In this document: one piece after another, positions 26,901 to 38,349 of the stretch
How positions within the stretch are numbered: position 1 is the first letter of the stretch
Layout: every line of letters starts with the position of its first letter
Assembly (NCBI RefSeq): GCF_902652985.1
Contig: NC_047021.1
Span: forward strand, 7,254,001 to 7,318,000
Direction: 5' to 3'
Length of the DNA stretch: 64,000 bases
Source: Pecten maximus
Taxonomy: Eukaryota
The notes under the pieces: model-generated
What the model saw: the letters and a program-made list of their open reading frames with translations, nothing else
Told to the model about the DNA's origin: nothing
The model's database searches: none
Position numbers and translations under genes: made by a program

Positions 26901-29900
26901 GGACAGTCATCACCCAGGACTAACCTTACCAGTTTAACCAGTCTGGGACAGTCATCACCCAGGACTAACCTTACCAGTTTAACAAAGTCTGGGGCAGTCA
27001 TCACCCAGGACTAACCTTACCAGTTTAACCAGTCTGGGACAGTCATCACTCAGGACTAACCTAACCAGTTTAACCAGTCATGGACAGTCATCACCCAGGA
27101 CTAACCTTACCAGTTTAACAAAGTCTGGAACAGTCATCACCCAGGACTAACCTTACCAGTTTAACTAGTCTGGGACAGTCATCACCCAGGACTAACCTTA
27201 CCAGTTTAACCAGTCTGGGACAGTCATCACCAGGACTAACCTTACCAGTTTAACCAGTCATGGACAGTCATCACTCAGGACTAACCTTACCAGTTTAACC
27301 GGTCTGGGACAGTCATCACCAGGACTAACCTTACCAGTTTAACAAAGTCTGGAACAGTCATCACCCAGGACTAACCTTACCAGTTTAACAAAGTCTGGAA
27401 CAGTCATCACTCAGGACTAACCTTACCAGTTTAACAAAGTCTGAGACAGTCATCACCCAGGACTAACCTTACCAGTTTAACCAGTCATGGACAGTCATCA
27501 CCCAGGACTAACCTTACCAGTTTAACAAAGTCTGGGACAGTCATCACCCAGGACTAACCTTACCAGTTTAACAAAGTCTGGAACAGTCATCACTCAGGAC
27601 TAACCTTACCAGTTTAACAAAGTCTGGGACAGTCATCACCCAGGACTAACCTTACCAGTTTAACAAAGTCTGGAACAGTCATCACCCAGGACTAACCTTA
27701 CCAGTTTAACAAAGTCTGGGACAGTCATCACCCAGGACTAACCTTACCAGTTTAACAAAGTCTGGGACAGTTATCACCCAGGACTAACCTTACCAGTTTA
27801 ACAAAGTCTGGAACAGTCATCACTCAGGACTAACCCTTCTGGTAACTAGACTGGAGCAGTCATCACCCAGGACTAACCCTGGGTTATTGAACTTCAATAA
27901 TGTACATGTAGATGGATAATTTGGAAACAGATTTTATTCATGGCTTTACATGTGCACAAAACCCCTGTGATTTAATGTCACACAGACAAAATCAAAAACA
28001 TTTTCAAAAGTTTTCCCAATTGTTATAGTTTGCGATAATGTCCTTAAAGTCCTGGAAACTCTTAATTTGACCGGAAGAATCTCTTATTATCGCCAAGACA
28101 TCATTACATGTAGGCACAGACACTCATATGATCGTCGTTTGGACATAGATTTCATCAATAGAAATTGTGCATGATTCTGATGTCTGAATGAAGGAATGCC
28201 CTTTTAACAGGGTCACAGGGTCATAAAATAATAAACTGATTGCCATGAAAATTGACATGAGTGATCTTTGTGCCACCATTCAGTTTCTTGCAAAACAGTT
28301 GCAATACCTTTCCTTGCTTATTTTCTCTATATCTAGACTTTTTGGGAAAAAAACACAATTTTTCCAAAAAAATAATGATTATTTCAAAATAAGGATTAAA
28401 AAAAATGCCACATTTCCCTGTAAATGTTTGTTGGTACAGCAAGAATCATTTTTCCAGTTGAGAAACTTTTCCTACAAGTAAGAATTTTTAGGGGCATCTT
28501 TATTTGAGAAAACTAACTCACCTCTACTTTCAAAGAAAATAAATGAGGACATGATTTGTAGCACCAGTGATAATTAAATTTAAAAGATCCATGTAACTTC
28601 ACTTACATCAAAATCCAAGGCCATTTCCCACATTTTCCTCTTCTGGTCAATAGATTTCTGTACATCTACAGGAGACAGTGTTTTGTAAGCTTCCGGTACT
28701 GTCTTCACATCAACTCTGGCTCTACTAACTCTGGCGGTCAGCTGACCAGGCTCAAACTTTGATTTTCCCTGATAGTCTGTAAACATATTCAACACTTCTG
28801 GTTTACAAAATATGAAGACATGATTATATCCTCAAGAAAGAACTCATCTGATATCAAGTAATTAATCCAGAGTATAGGATCATGAAATTTAATGTTCTGC
28901 CAAGTGAACACATGTCTTAGCTTTGTGGTTATGAGGGAAACACACATCGCTGCTGTGTGGTTATGAGGTAAACACACACCCCTGTTGTGTGGTTATGAGG
29001 TAAATACACACCCCTGCTGTGTGGTTATGAGGTAAATACACACCCCTGTTGTGTGGCTATGAGGTAAATACACACCCCTGTTGTGTGGTTATGAGGTAAA
29101 TACACACCCCTGTTGTGTGGCTATGAGGTAAATACACACACCTGTTGTGTGGTTATGAGGTAAATACACACCCCTGCTGTGTGGTTATGAGGTAAATACA
29201 CACCCCTGCTGTGTGGTTATGAGGTAAATACACATCCCTGTTGTGTGGTAATGAGGTAAATACACACTCCTGCTGTGTGGTTATGAGGTAAATACACACC
29301 CCTGTTGTGTGGTTATGAGGTAAATACACACCCCTGTTGTGAGGTTATGAGGTAAATACACACCCCTGTTGTGTGGTTATGAGGTAAATACACCCCCCTG
29401 TTGTGTGGTTATGAGGTAAATACACACTCCTGCTGTGTCGTTATGAGGTAAATACACACCCCTGTTGTGTGGTTATGAGGTAAATACACACTCCTGCTGT
29501 GTCGTTATGAGGTAAATACATACCCCTGTTGTGTGGTTATGAGGTAAATACACACCCCTGTTGTGTGGTTATGAGGTAAATACACACCCCTGTTGTGAGG
29601 TTATGAGGTAAATACACACCCTTGTTGTGTGGTTATGAGGTAAATACACCCCCCTGTTGTGTGGTTATGAGGTAAATACACCCCCCTGTTGTGTGGTTAT
29701 GAGGTAAATACACCCCCCTGTTGTGTGGTTATGAGGTAAATACACACCCCTGTTGTGTGGTTATGAGGTAAATACACACCCATGCTGTGTGGTTATGAGG
29801 TAAATACACACCCCTGCTGTGTGGTTATGAGGTAAATACACATCCCCTGTTGTGTGGTTATGAGGTAAATACACATCCCTGTTGTGTGGTTATGAGGTAA

Positions 29901-32900
29901 ATACATACCCTGTTGTGAGGTTATGAGGTAAATACACACCCCTGTTGTGAGGTTATGAGGTAAATACACATCTCTGTTGTGTGGTTATGAGGTAAATACA
30001 CACCCCTGTTGTGAGGTTATGAGGTAAATACACACCCCTGTGGTGTGGTTATGAGGTAAATACACACCCCTGTTGTGTGGTTATGAGGTAAATACACACC
30101 CCTGTTGTGTGGTTATGAGGTAAATACACACCCCTGTTGTGAGGTTATGAGGTAAATACACATCCCTGATGTGTGGTTATGAGGTAAATACACACCCCTG
30201 TTGTGTGGTTATGAGGTAAATACACACCCCTGTTGTGTGGTTATGAGGTAAATACACACCCCTGTTGTGTGGTTATGAGGTAAATACACACCCCTGCTGT
30301 GTGGTAATGAGGTAAATACACACCCCTGTTGTGTGGCTATGAGGTAAATACACACCCCTGTTGTGTGGTTATGAGGTAAATACACACCCCTGTTGTGTGG
30401 TTATGAGGTAAATACACCCCCCTGTGGTGTGGTTATGAGGTAAATACACACCCCTGCTGTGTGGTAATGAGGTAAATACACACCCCTGTTGTGTGGCTAT
30501 GAGGTAAATACACACCCCTGTTGTGTGGTTATGAGGTAAATACACCCCCCTGTTGTGTGGTTATGAGGTAAATACACACCCCTGTTGTGTGGTTATGAGG
30601 TAAATACACAACCCTGTTGTGTGGTTATGAGGTAAATACACATCCCTGTCGTGTGGATATGAGGTAAATACACACCCCTGTTGTGTGGTTATGAGGTAAA
30701 TACACACCCCTGTTGTGTGGTTATGAGGTAAATACACTCCCCTGTTGTGTGGTTATGAGGTAAACACACACCCCTGCTGTGTGGTTATGAGGTAAATACA
30801 CACCCCTGTTGTGTGGCTATGAGGTAAATACACACCCCTGCTGTGTGGTTATGAGGTAAATACACATGTAACCCTGGTAAATACTAGCCGCAATATACCG
30901 CTCGGCTAGAGAGATCTTCTCTTTAGCTCGATCGGTTGAGCGTAAGACTAGTAAGCCAGGGGTCCCGGGTTCGATCCCTAGCGGAGGCAGTGATTTAAAT
31001 TTAATTAATCCTGCGCTCTGTTACATTGGCGCCCATGTAGGGACTCGGGAATGATACTCATCGCTGCTTGCGAAAGCATCGCTGTTAACCCTGGAAACTC
31101 GAGGACGAGTTCTTTCCTGGAGGGTGAGTATGTAACCCTGGTAAATACTAGCCGCAATATACCGCTCGGCTAGAGAGATCTTCTCTTTAGCTCGATCGGT
31201 TGAGCGTAAGACTAGTAAGCCAGGGGTCCCGGGTTCGATCCCTAGCGGAGGCAGTGATTTAAATTTAATTAATCCTGCGCTCTGTTACACACACCCCTGT
31301 TGTGTGGTTATGAGGTAAATACACATCCCTGTTGTGTGGTTATGAGGTAAATACACACCCCTGTTGTGTGGTAATGAGGTAAATACACACCCCTGTTGTG
31401 TGGTTATGAGGTAAATACACCCCCCTGTTGTGTGGTTATGAGGTAAATACACATCCCTGTTGTGTGGTAATGAGGTTAATACACACCCCTGTTTTACGGT
31501 TGCTAGGTTAACAACACGACGTGCAACATCCACAAGTTCGTGAACTTTGTACACTCGGTCTGGTTTTCCAGTAAGCTCTTTTCGGAGAAAGGCTGGCAGC
31601 AAACGGTGACCTCTTGTGTTAGGCTTCAACAGGACCTTCAGCCTGAAAGTAACCAATATGAAGCAAATTCTATGAAAGATAACTTATAAATAGAAATCTG
31701 TGTAATCTCTGTTTCAACAATTAATTATGTCAATAAAATGTAAAATTACTTTCTACATATTTCTTGTATATTACGGGGAAATACACTGTTGTCATGACTA
31801 ATGGATCTTTTTATCAAGAATTAGTAAATCCACAGCAGGAATTGAATGTAATGCTTATTTAATTAAGCTTTGATAATAACATTTCTGTACAACAAGGCCC
31901 TTTGGCAATATCTATTTTTGTAGCATTAGCTAAATATTACAGATCAGCTTTGGTCTTCTGTTCAGTACACATTTTATATCTCAACAAAATTCCAAAATAA
32001 ACTTAAAATCATCAATAGGTTTATTTTCTTTTTTCTTCTTAACTAATTACAATCTACTTTTATTTTGATTTTTGTAGATATAGATTTTCTCTTCAACAAA
32101 CTCATTTAAATGTACATTTTCTATTTTTAATTATTGAGGATAAATATTAAAATCGGAGTTTTGTGAATAACTGTTCTACCATTATCAATTCATTATCAAT
32201 TTACCAGTATTCGGCCACTGATGACCACTTAGACCATTCCGATTTCTGCCAAAGTAACAGATGAGCTTGAGTTGTCTCCCCTGTCACTCCCAGACTCATT
32301 TGTTGTGGAACACAATTTCCAGTGAGGATTTGGATTTCATTTGGATTAGTTCTAATTTTCTCTATGCTGTCTTTGTCCACCATACAGCTGCAGAAAGACT
32401 TGTCAAAATCTTTGCTCAAGGCATCAGATTTAATTCTATATCTCTTTCCTTTTTTCTTCCACTGGGTCTCTGGTTCTTGTTTTGTACCAACTTTTGTTAT
32501 CTTCTTTTTGATCACTGATTGGCTAGTACCAATATTCTGTCCGTAAATAAGTGGAGCTTGTTTTGAAGTAGACCTAGGTATTGTGGTATATGAAATATTT
32601 TCATTATTTTCTTGACCGCGTAATCTTTTCTTCTTTCTTTTTTCTTTTTTTGTTTTTTTTGAAGAATTGCACTTGGTATCATTTATATAAAAGTCTTTGA
32701 TTGTAAATTTTCTAACTTGATTTCCTGAAGGATGAATATAGCTTGCAATGTTTCCATCATCAAAATACTCCTCATACAACAGGTAATCTGTAACATGGTT
32801 ACTGTTGTCTCGGTAACCATCACAGTACATCTGATGCTCCTTGTGATCCAGCCCCTGGTAAAACCAAAGACTCCATGACCTATTGTGATTCCCCTTTTTC

Positions 32901-35900
32901 TTCCATCCAGACCTTTTAATTTTCGTCTCCCACCTGTGTCTGAAAGCTGATACCAACAGAATTAAATTTCCCATGCTGTGCTCCTTCCCAAATTATAAAT
33001 AATAGAGTTTGACAGCCTTTAAATTTGTAAATAACTACCTCATATATGGTTTTTAAGCTGCTAATTATTTGAACCAAAAGAATCATGTACCAGTAAACTG
33101 AGTGAGTTTTACTATTGTTATTTGATTTGAAGCTGTTATCAGCACTTTGTGACAAGTGCTCCAAACCAGGCTTTTTAATCGACAATAATCATAACAATAT
33201 TACAAAGTAGTGTGTAGTCAAATCTGTCATCCTAGACCTGTAACTGGGTTTTAGTATACAACTAGTATGGCAGGCCAAGTTGTCATTTATTCGCTGAGCA
33301 ATGTTGATCCAGTATTTGCCAAATAATCAACTCCTTCAGCGAGTGGAGGAGAGTTCATTACCTCAAATTCAAATCTCATTATTTATAAGATATCTTATGT
33401 AATTTCCTTTATAAGATATCTCATATAATATATAAGATATCTTATTTAATTTTCTTTATAAGATATCTTATATCTTTTATGAGATATCTTATATATTATA
33501 TGAGATATCTTATAAAGAAAAGTATACAAGATATCTTATATAAAGTATATAATTTATTTTATAAAGTTTATAAGATATCTGATATAATTATATAAGATAT
33601 CTTATACAATAGGCCCATGGGATCTGTATCACTCACCTGGTTGGATTTGACCAAACGTCAAAATAATGTTCATGTTCAATTCCTTAATACATAGCTTTGT
33701 TTGTCAATCTCAAACAATGCAATATATGGTTATAGTTTGGGGATCCATGAATAAATATGACACCTTGGCTTGCCATATACAACACTCATCAGGATGTCAA
33801 CCAAAACATATTTTGTTGGCACTTAATATAACAGTGAAAATATGGTTCACAGTATTGACCTACTTTTTAAGTTACATTCTAGCATCCTTAAGCAGCATTA
33901 CTCAAGACAAGCTTTGTATGAAGATTTTGTAAAAGGGAATTACTTCCAAGGAAATAAGAGAATAATGATCAATAGTTGATGTTGTCTATCTGGTGGCATT
34001 ATAAAACAGCCAAAAGTTTACAGTATCTATCTTTACATTAGATTTGAAATACCACATTAAATCAATCGGTGTGATTGGTATGGTTTTTTTATCTGTTTAT
34101 TATAAGATTGTTTCTGTGTAGATGTTGATATGGTAATCCCATTACATTGTATATATCATTAAGGTATATATTTTTTAAATTCTATATTTAAGTAATTTTC
34201 TGTCGGGTACATATTCCTTTCCATAATGTAAATGGTCTGTGTTTGCTAGAATGAGTATTAGCTAAACACTTTGAACAGAATAGTAAACATTTACCTGTAT
34301 TTGAAGGACATTTACATGGCCCTACGATATTGTCGGTGTTTGTTATCTCATATCTGATCTCGGGGACTGCCACAGGATGGACATCTCCTCGCATCACACT
34401 ACAAACACATTCAATGACAGTTTGCTACTACTTCAGATATCCTTGTAACCCAAGTTACTGTACACAACAAAACATCATTATTGTACACAATAAAACATCA
34501 TTAAGTCTGTTGTTTACAGGTAAAAATGTGAACTACCCAATAACTCCATCACATTCAATCATTGCATGACTATTATTGATAAAGTACTTGGTGTACATGT
34601 TGGATTGGGAAACTTTTCCCACCATTTTAAAGATTTGTAATTTCAGCCAAATTATGAGCAGGGCAAATTAAACATAGCAGTGAAATTTTGATAACATAAA
34701 TTAATATTATCTTAAATGTTATATAAATATTAAATAAACATTATATGATTATTATACATGTATAAATATCATGTAAACATTGCATAAACATTAAATAAAT
34801 ATTATATTAATGTTGTACGTACAAATATTATATAAGTTTCTACATTACGAAGTCCACAGATTTATGACCCTGAGACAGGATAAGGAAGGTTATTCAGTAT
34901 GCCTGCCTTTGTTACCAGGGTAGTTAATACAACAGAACCAAATAACCTGGAGACTATGGTCACTGGCAGTAGTGATATCAGTCTAGACCAACTTCACTCG
35001 TTCCTCTTTTAAATATGTTCACCTCAAGAAAATAATCTACCTACAACCCAGTGTTTAAGTATCCTTTTCCAAGCATATCACACTAGATACACAAAGTTTA
35101 CTGTAAAGAATTTGGCATCCTTGATACTCCAGCGGTTATATCGACTTATGGAATATCATTAAAGGTCATGGAAAAATAGAAAGTACACAATTTAATTGGT
35201 GTAAAAAGAAAAAAAAAAATAATAACAAAAAAAACTGCTAACCTGATGCATTTCCTTTGAAGATCACAGAGGAGTGACAAGAGATCAAAGGCAGTCAATT
35301 TAACTATGCCTTTATTAATTTATATAGATTCATTTGATGTACATAAAAAGATCAAACAAAAATTATTTTTTGCTTTATCTACAAAGTAGCAGTGACCAGT
35401 CTTCGATTCTTCTATTCCTGGAGTAATATACAGACTGCAGAGAGCAAAAGTAAAAGTGACCTCTGGGAGTATCCAGGATGTGGATCTGGTTACAATCACC
35501 TTTGACAGGTTTACAGGAGGAAAAGCCAGCAGGCCCAAATAAACCAGGATTTGATTTTGAACCCAAAACATCCAAAATCTAGCAATTTCTCTAACCAATG
35601 CAGCTAGCTAGACATTGGTAGTCCTTCAGCCTAGAACTGGCACACAACACTTATTTCTCTTTCCAGTTTCTTTGCTCATAAAGACACCAAAAATCAGGTT
35701 AATGCAGGTACATCCTAATTGCCAAGTGAACATGCTACTTAATCAATGTTTGATCACAAGCACAAAATGCAACGAATAGCACTGGACCTAAAATTCTAGA
35801 CAGGTGTTCTGACCAACCATAGAGCTGTCTGGTTATCGTTATCCAAATGTTTCTGATGTTTTATCAGCCTTTAACAGAGATCTCAGAGCAATCTTGGCAC

Positions 35901-37078
35901 TTACCATTGAATGGTCTTTATTGGTTCTTTTCATTCTTATCTTTTCCCAAAAATAATGATTTCAAAACAAGGAAAACCTTCATATGAAATCTAAGAAAGA
36001 TCTCAGAACTTTCTTATAAATAGTGATAATTAACAAACTTAAACCATCAAAATCGAAGATGGCTGTCTGTTTGCCATTTTGTTTTCCCAATCAGACTCAG
36101 GTTTCAAGGGAATCTACATGTGAAGTTGAGAAACACCCCATCAGCTCTTTTCAGGAAATGGTGATAACAATCTTCAACTGTAAAAATACAAAATGGCCAC
36201 CTGTCAGCCATTTTGTTTTCCTTATAAAAATCAAAATCAGACAGGCATGACATGGATGGAAGGATGGACAGCCAGACCACAGGCATACAGTAATTTGAAC
36301 CAAATGGTGGGCTAAGAACTTGATACTGGCTCGGTTAATAGGCCAATATCATATTTTGTAAATGTTTGATAAAATATTGGGAACTTTCAAATTAGGTTAC
36401 CACCTGGGACCATCCTGGACCAGTTCTTGTATAAAATGTATCTCCTTTGGTTTAGCAAGACAATAAATGTAAATTGTTTATCATTGTCAAATTAGGATAC
36501 AATGCAGTTTGTATCACATAAATATATACAATGGACAGATGGGATGTCCAAAATGAAGCATACCTTTTAAGCTGAAGCTTAAGAGATTTTAGTTCCGGTG
36601 AAACATTGCTGTGACTGATAGGCCTAACGTTCTTATAACACGTCAGGGATAGGTCAGTTAGAGTTGAGAAATAGCTTCTTGGATAAATGTGATGATTCTC
36701 GCATTTACTGTCATGGTATGAGATAGTTTGTTCTTTGAGTTCCACAGGGTCCAACTCAACTCTACGTTTTGTTGGTGGAGCAGCCGATCGTTCGTGTAGA
36801 ACAAGTCGAAATGCATCATTCTTCACTTCATTTCTTTCCACTAGGTCTTCAATGTGATCGAAAAGCATCCATCTTTTATGCTTGTTGAGGGAATATAACA
36901 AGCAACCATTTTGGAGATTGTCGTATCCATGGACCATATCCCCGTCGTCCAAATACTCTTCCAACAATTCCAATGCATGATTCTTGTCTTCCAAATCGAA
37001 TCTTTGATCTAATACAAATTTACAAACTAAACCCTGAGCTCTTGTAGCTTTGTATTTACAGCGCTTGCAAAACTGCAT
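19647..37078 (-). CDS. RBR/Ariadne-like E3 ubiquitin ligase-like protein (RING1 + IBR + helical Ariadne-like region + repetitive C-terminus; no RING2 seen), ~1270 aa, 10 exons
   Basis: Exons (minus): 37078-36564, 32939-32205, 31642-~31486, ~28776-28607, 26624-26415, 26067-25896, 25071-24877, 24591-24457, 24274-24041, 20933-19647. GT-AG sites are phase-consistent except the exon3/4 junction (unresolved) and one extra base at 24951-24953. RING1: CKSC...LPCLHYYCVNCW...CCQDDTC. IBR: WRQCPKQSC...VLCGCNRVWCFSCGSDTHWPATC. Confidence 0.8.
21016..22474. repeat. 26-bp intronic minisatellite (TAACCTGGGATCAGTAATGACAACC(C/T))
   Basis: Directly visible, ~55 copies. Confidence 0.97.
22605..24008. repeat. 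32-bp intronic minisatellite (CCATGGCTTGGGTTACTATGACTACCTACAGA)
   Basis: ~43 copies, homogeneous at the right end and diverged at the left. Confidence 0.96.
25470..25745. repeat. Degenerate intronic tandem repeat (CATGAAACAACTGAATGG-like)
   Basis: GAAACAACT motifs recur at ~21-22 bp spacing. Confidence 0.75.
26717..27880. repeat. 45-46-bp intronic minisatellite (GGGACAGTCATCACCCAGGACTAACCTTACCAGTTTAACAAAGTCT)
   Basis: ~25 copies, directly visible. Confidence 0.97.
30917..30989 (+). pseudogene. tRNA-Thr(AGT)-derived sequence in LTR1 (Pol III A and B boxes)
   Basis: A-box TAGCTCGATCGGTTGAGC, loop CTAGTAA, B-box GGTTCGATCC, end GGAGGCA. The anticodon and acceptor stems pair poorly, so it is not a functional tRNA. 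Confidence 0.8.
31181..31253 (+). pseudogene. tRNA-Thr(AGT)-derived sequence in LTR2
   Basis: Identical copy of 30917-30989. Confidence 0.8.
33383..33607. repeat. AT-rich cluster of palindromic ATAAGATATCTTAT motifs (foldback-like)
   Basis: About 9 copies of the self-complementary motif within ~220 bp. Confidence 0.8.
35874..36315 (+). mobile_element. HINE/pearl-like element, family B, diverged
   Basis: Similar to 47697-48237: GAGATCTCAGAGCAATCTTGGCAC head, AAAATCGAAGATGGCTG units, GGAT/GGAC microsatellite, GGTGGGCTAA end. Confidence 0.6.
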
Positions 37079-37669
37079 GCTTCATCCCTCTCTGTATGAC
37101 CACTTTGTTTATATGTTGCGGTGCACGATCTTAATCTTTAAAACGCTTATAATCAATATGCTAATTAGTATGATTAAGCGTTCAACTGATTTACTATGAA
37201 CGGTTACACTAAACCACCTGCCGGCTTCCCGTAGGCATATATCCGTTAGACTACTATTACCACTACTTTGTGCGAAATCGCTAATACTGAAAAAAGAAAA
37301 CCACTCTTGTTTACGAACGGCTCCAGGAAAATGTCAGTCAGTAAATAAATCGATGCATTAAAAAAAATATCTCCCCTTTACTTCTATTACCCCTAATCGG
37401 TTAATCAGTACATATTTCACATGTATGTATAGATGTATACAGTTGTCCTATATTTTAAGACAACAATTTAAAAGACATTTAAAAAATAATTTTGTTCTGC
37501 AACAATGTCAAAACGTTAACTTAACGTTGTTCAAAAAGCTCTATTTATAGTTCTGTGACCTTGACCTTTAAACTTATTATTGTGAAAATGTTAATGTAGT
37601 CATCAACTCGATGTTCTCTATCATTTAATCTAGTTTTTCTAGTGTTTACATATATCTGTGGAAATAAGA

Positions 37670-38345
37670 ATAAGAAATGCAATCCCAGAAGGTTCTTGGC
37701 ACCCACCATTGATTGATCCATATCAGTTTAATGAAAGACTGATCTTTCTCTTCTTTTCCCTTCTTCCACTCTTCCTTCAAAACATTTAATAACTTGATAT
37801 AACACGGTATAGCAGGAACAACCTGCAATTGTCAAAATCAAAGATGGCCATACTCTATGTCATCCATTTAGTTCTTTCAATCAGACTTAAATGTACAACT
37901 GGAGACCAAGGGGGACCTCTACATTCAAATATGAGAAAGATCCATAATGGTCATTTAGTACTTTAAGAAATTGTTAATTAAGTAATAATTGTCAAAATCA
38001 AAGATGGCTGCCTGTTGGCCTCGTTGTTGTCAAGTTGGTCCTACAGGAATATGCATTAAAGATCAAGGGGGGGTCTACATATGAAATTTGAGAAAGGTCC
38101 CTTTAGTACTTTCTCAGAAATAGCGAGAACAATCTTTAATTGTCAAAATCAAAGATGGCCACCTGTCGGCCATATTGTTTTCTTATCACTCCCAAAATGC
38201 AATATGCATAACTACGGACCAAGCAGAACTTACCTATGAAATTTGAGAAAGATCCCTGAAAGTCTTTCTGAGAAATAGTGATAAGATTTTTTTACGCAGG
38301 GACGGATGGACACAAGACTGCCTACAGACGCAAGGTGATTTGAAT
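37670..38345 (+). mobile_element. HINE/pearl-like element, family B, with ~155-bp internal repeats
   Basis: ATCCCAGAAGGTTCTTGGCACCCACC head, three AATTGTCAAAATCAAAGATGGC units and a GGACGGATGGAC tail. Confidence 0.7.
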
Positions 38346-38349
38346 GGAA

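Larger units (their letters stand above)
30867..31289 (+). mobile_element. TRIM (miniature non-autonomous LTR retrotransposon) with a tRNA-derived cassette in each LTR; Helenus-like
   Basis: Two identical 159-bp LTRs (30867-31025, 31131-31289), each TGTAAC...GTTACA. The 105-bp interior has PBS TGGCGCCCATGTAGGGAC (31027-31044, tRNA-Lys-like) and purine tract GGAGGGTGAG before LTR2. 4-bp TSD CACA (30863-30866, 31290-31293). Confidence 0.95.
28922..31492. repeat. 32-bp intronic minisatellite (CCCCTGTTGTGTGGTTATGAGGTAAATACACA), interrupted by a TRIM
   Basis: ~67 copies. The right end abuts or overlaps the donor of RBR exon 3. Confidence 0.97.

Noticed and set aside
31026-31130. Retrozyme (hammerhead-containing) interpretation
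   Set aside because: No CTGA(T/N)GA core with matching GAAA and stems on either strand.
30917-31253. Two functional tRNA-Thr genes
   Set aside because: Anticodon and acceptor stems do not pair, there is no T4 terminator, and both copies lie inside LTRs.
21016-31492. CRISPR-like arrays
   Set aside because: Units are contiguous with no unique spacers, there are no cas genes, and the context is eukaryotic introns.
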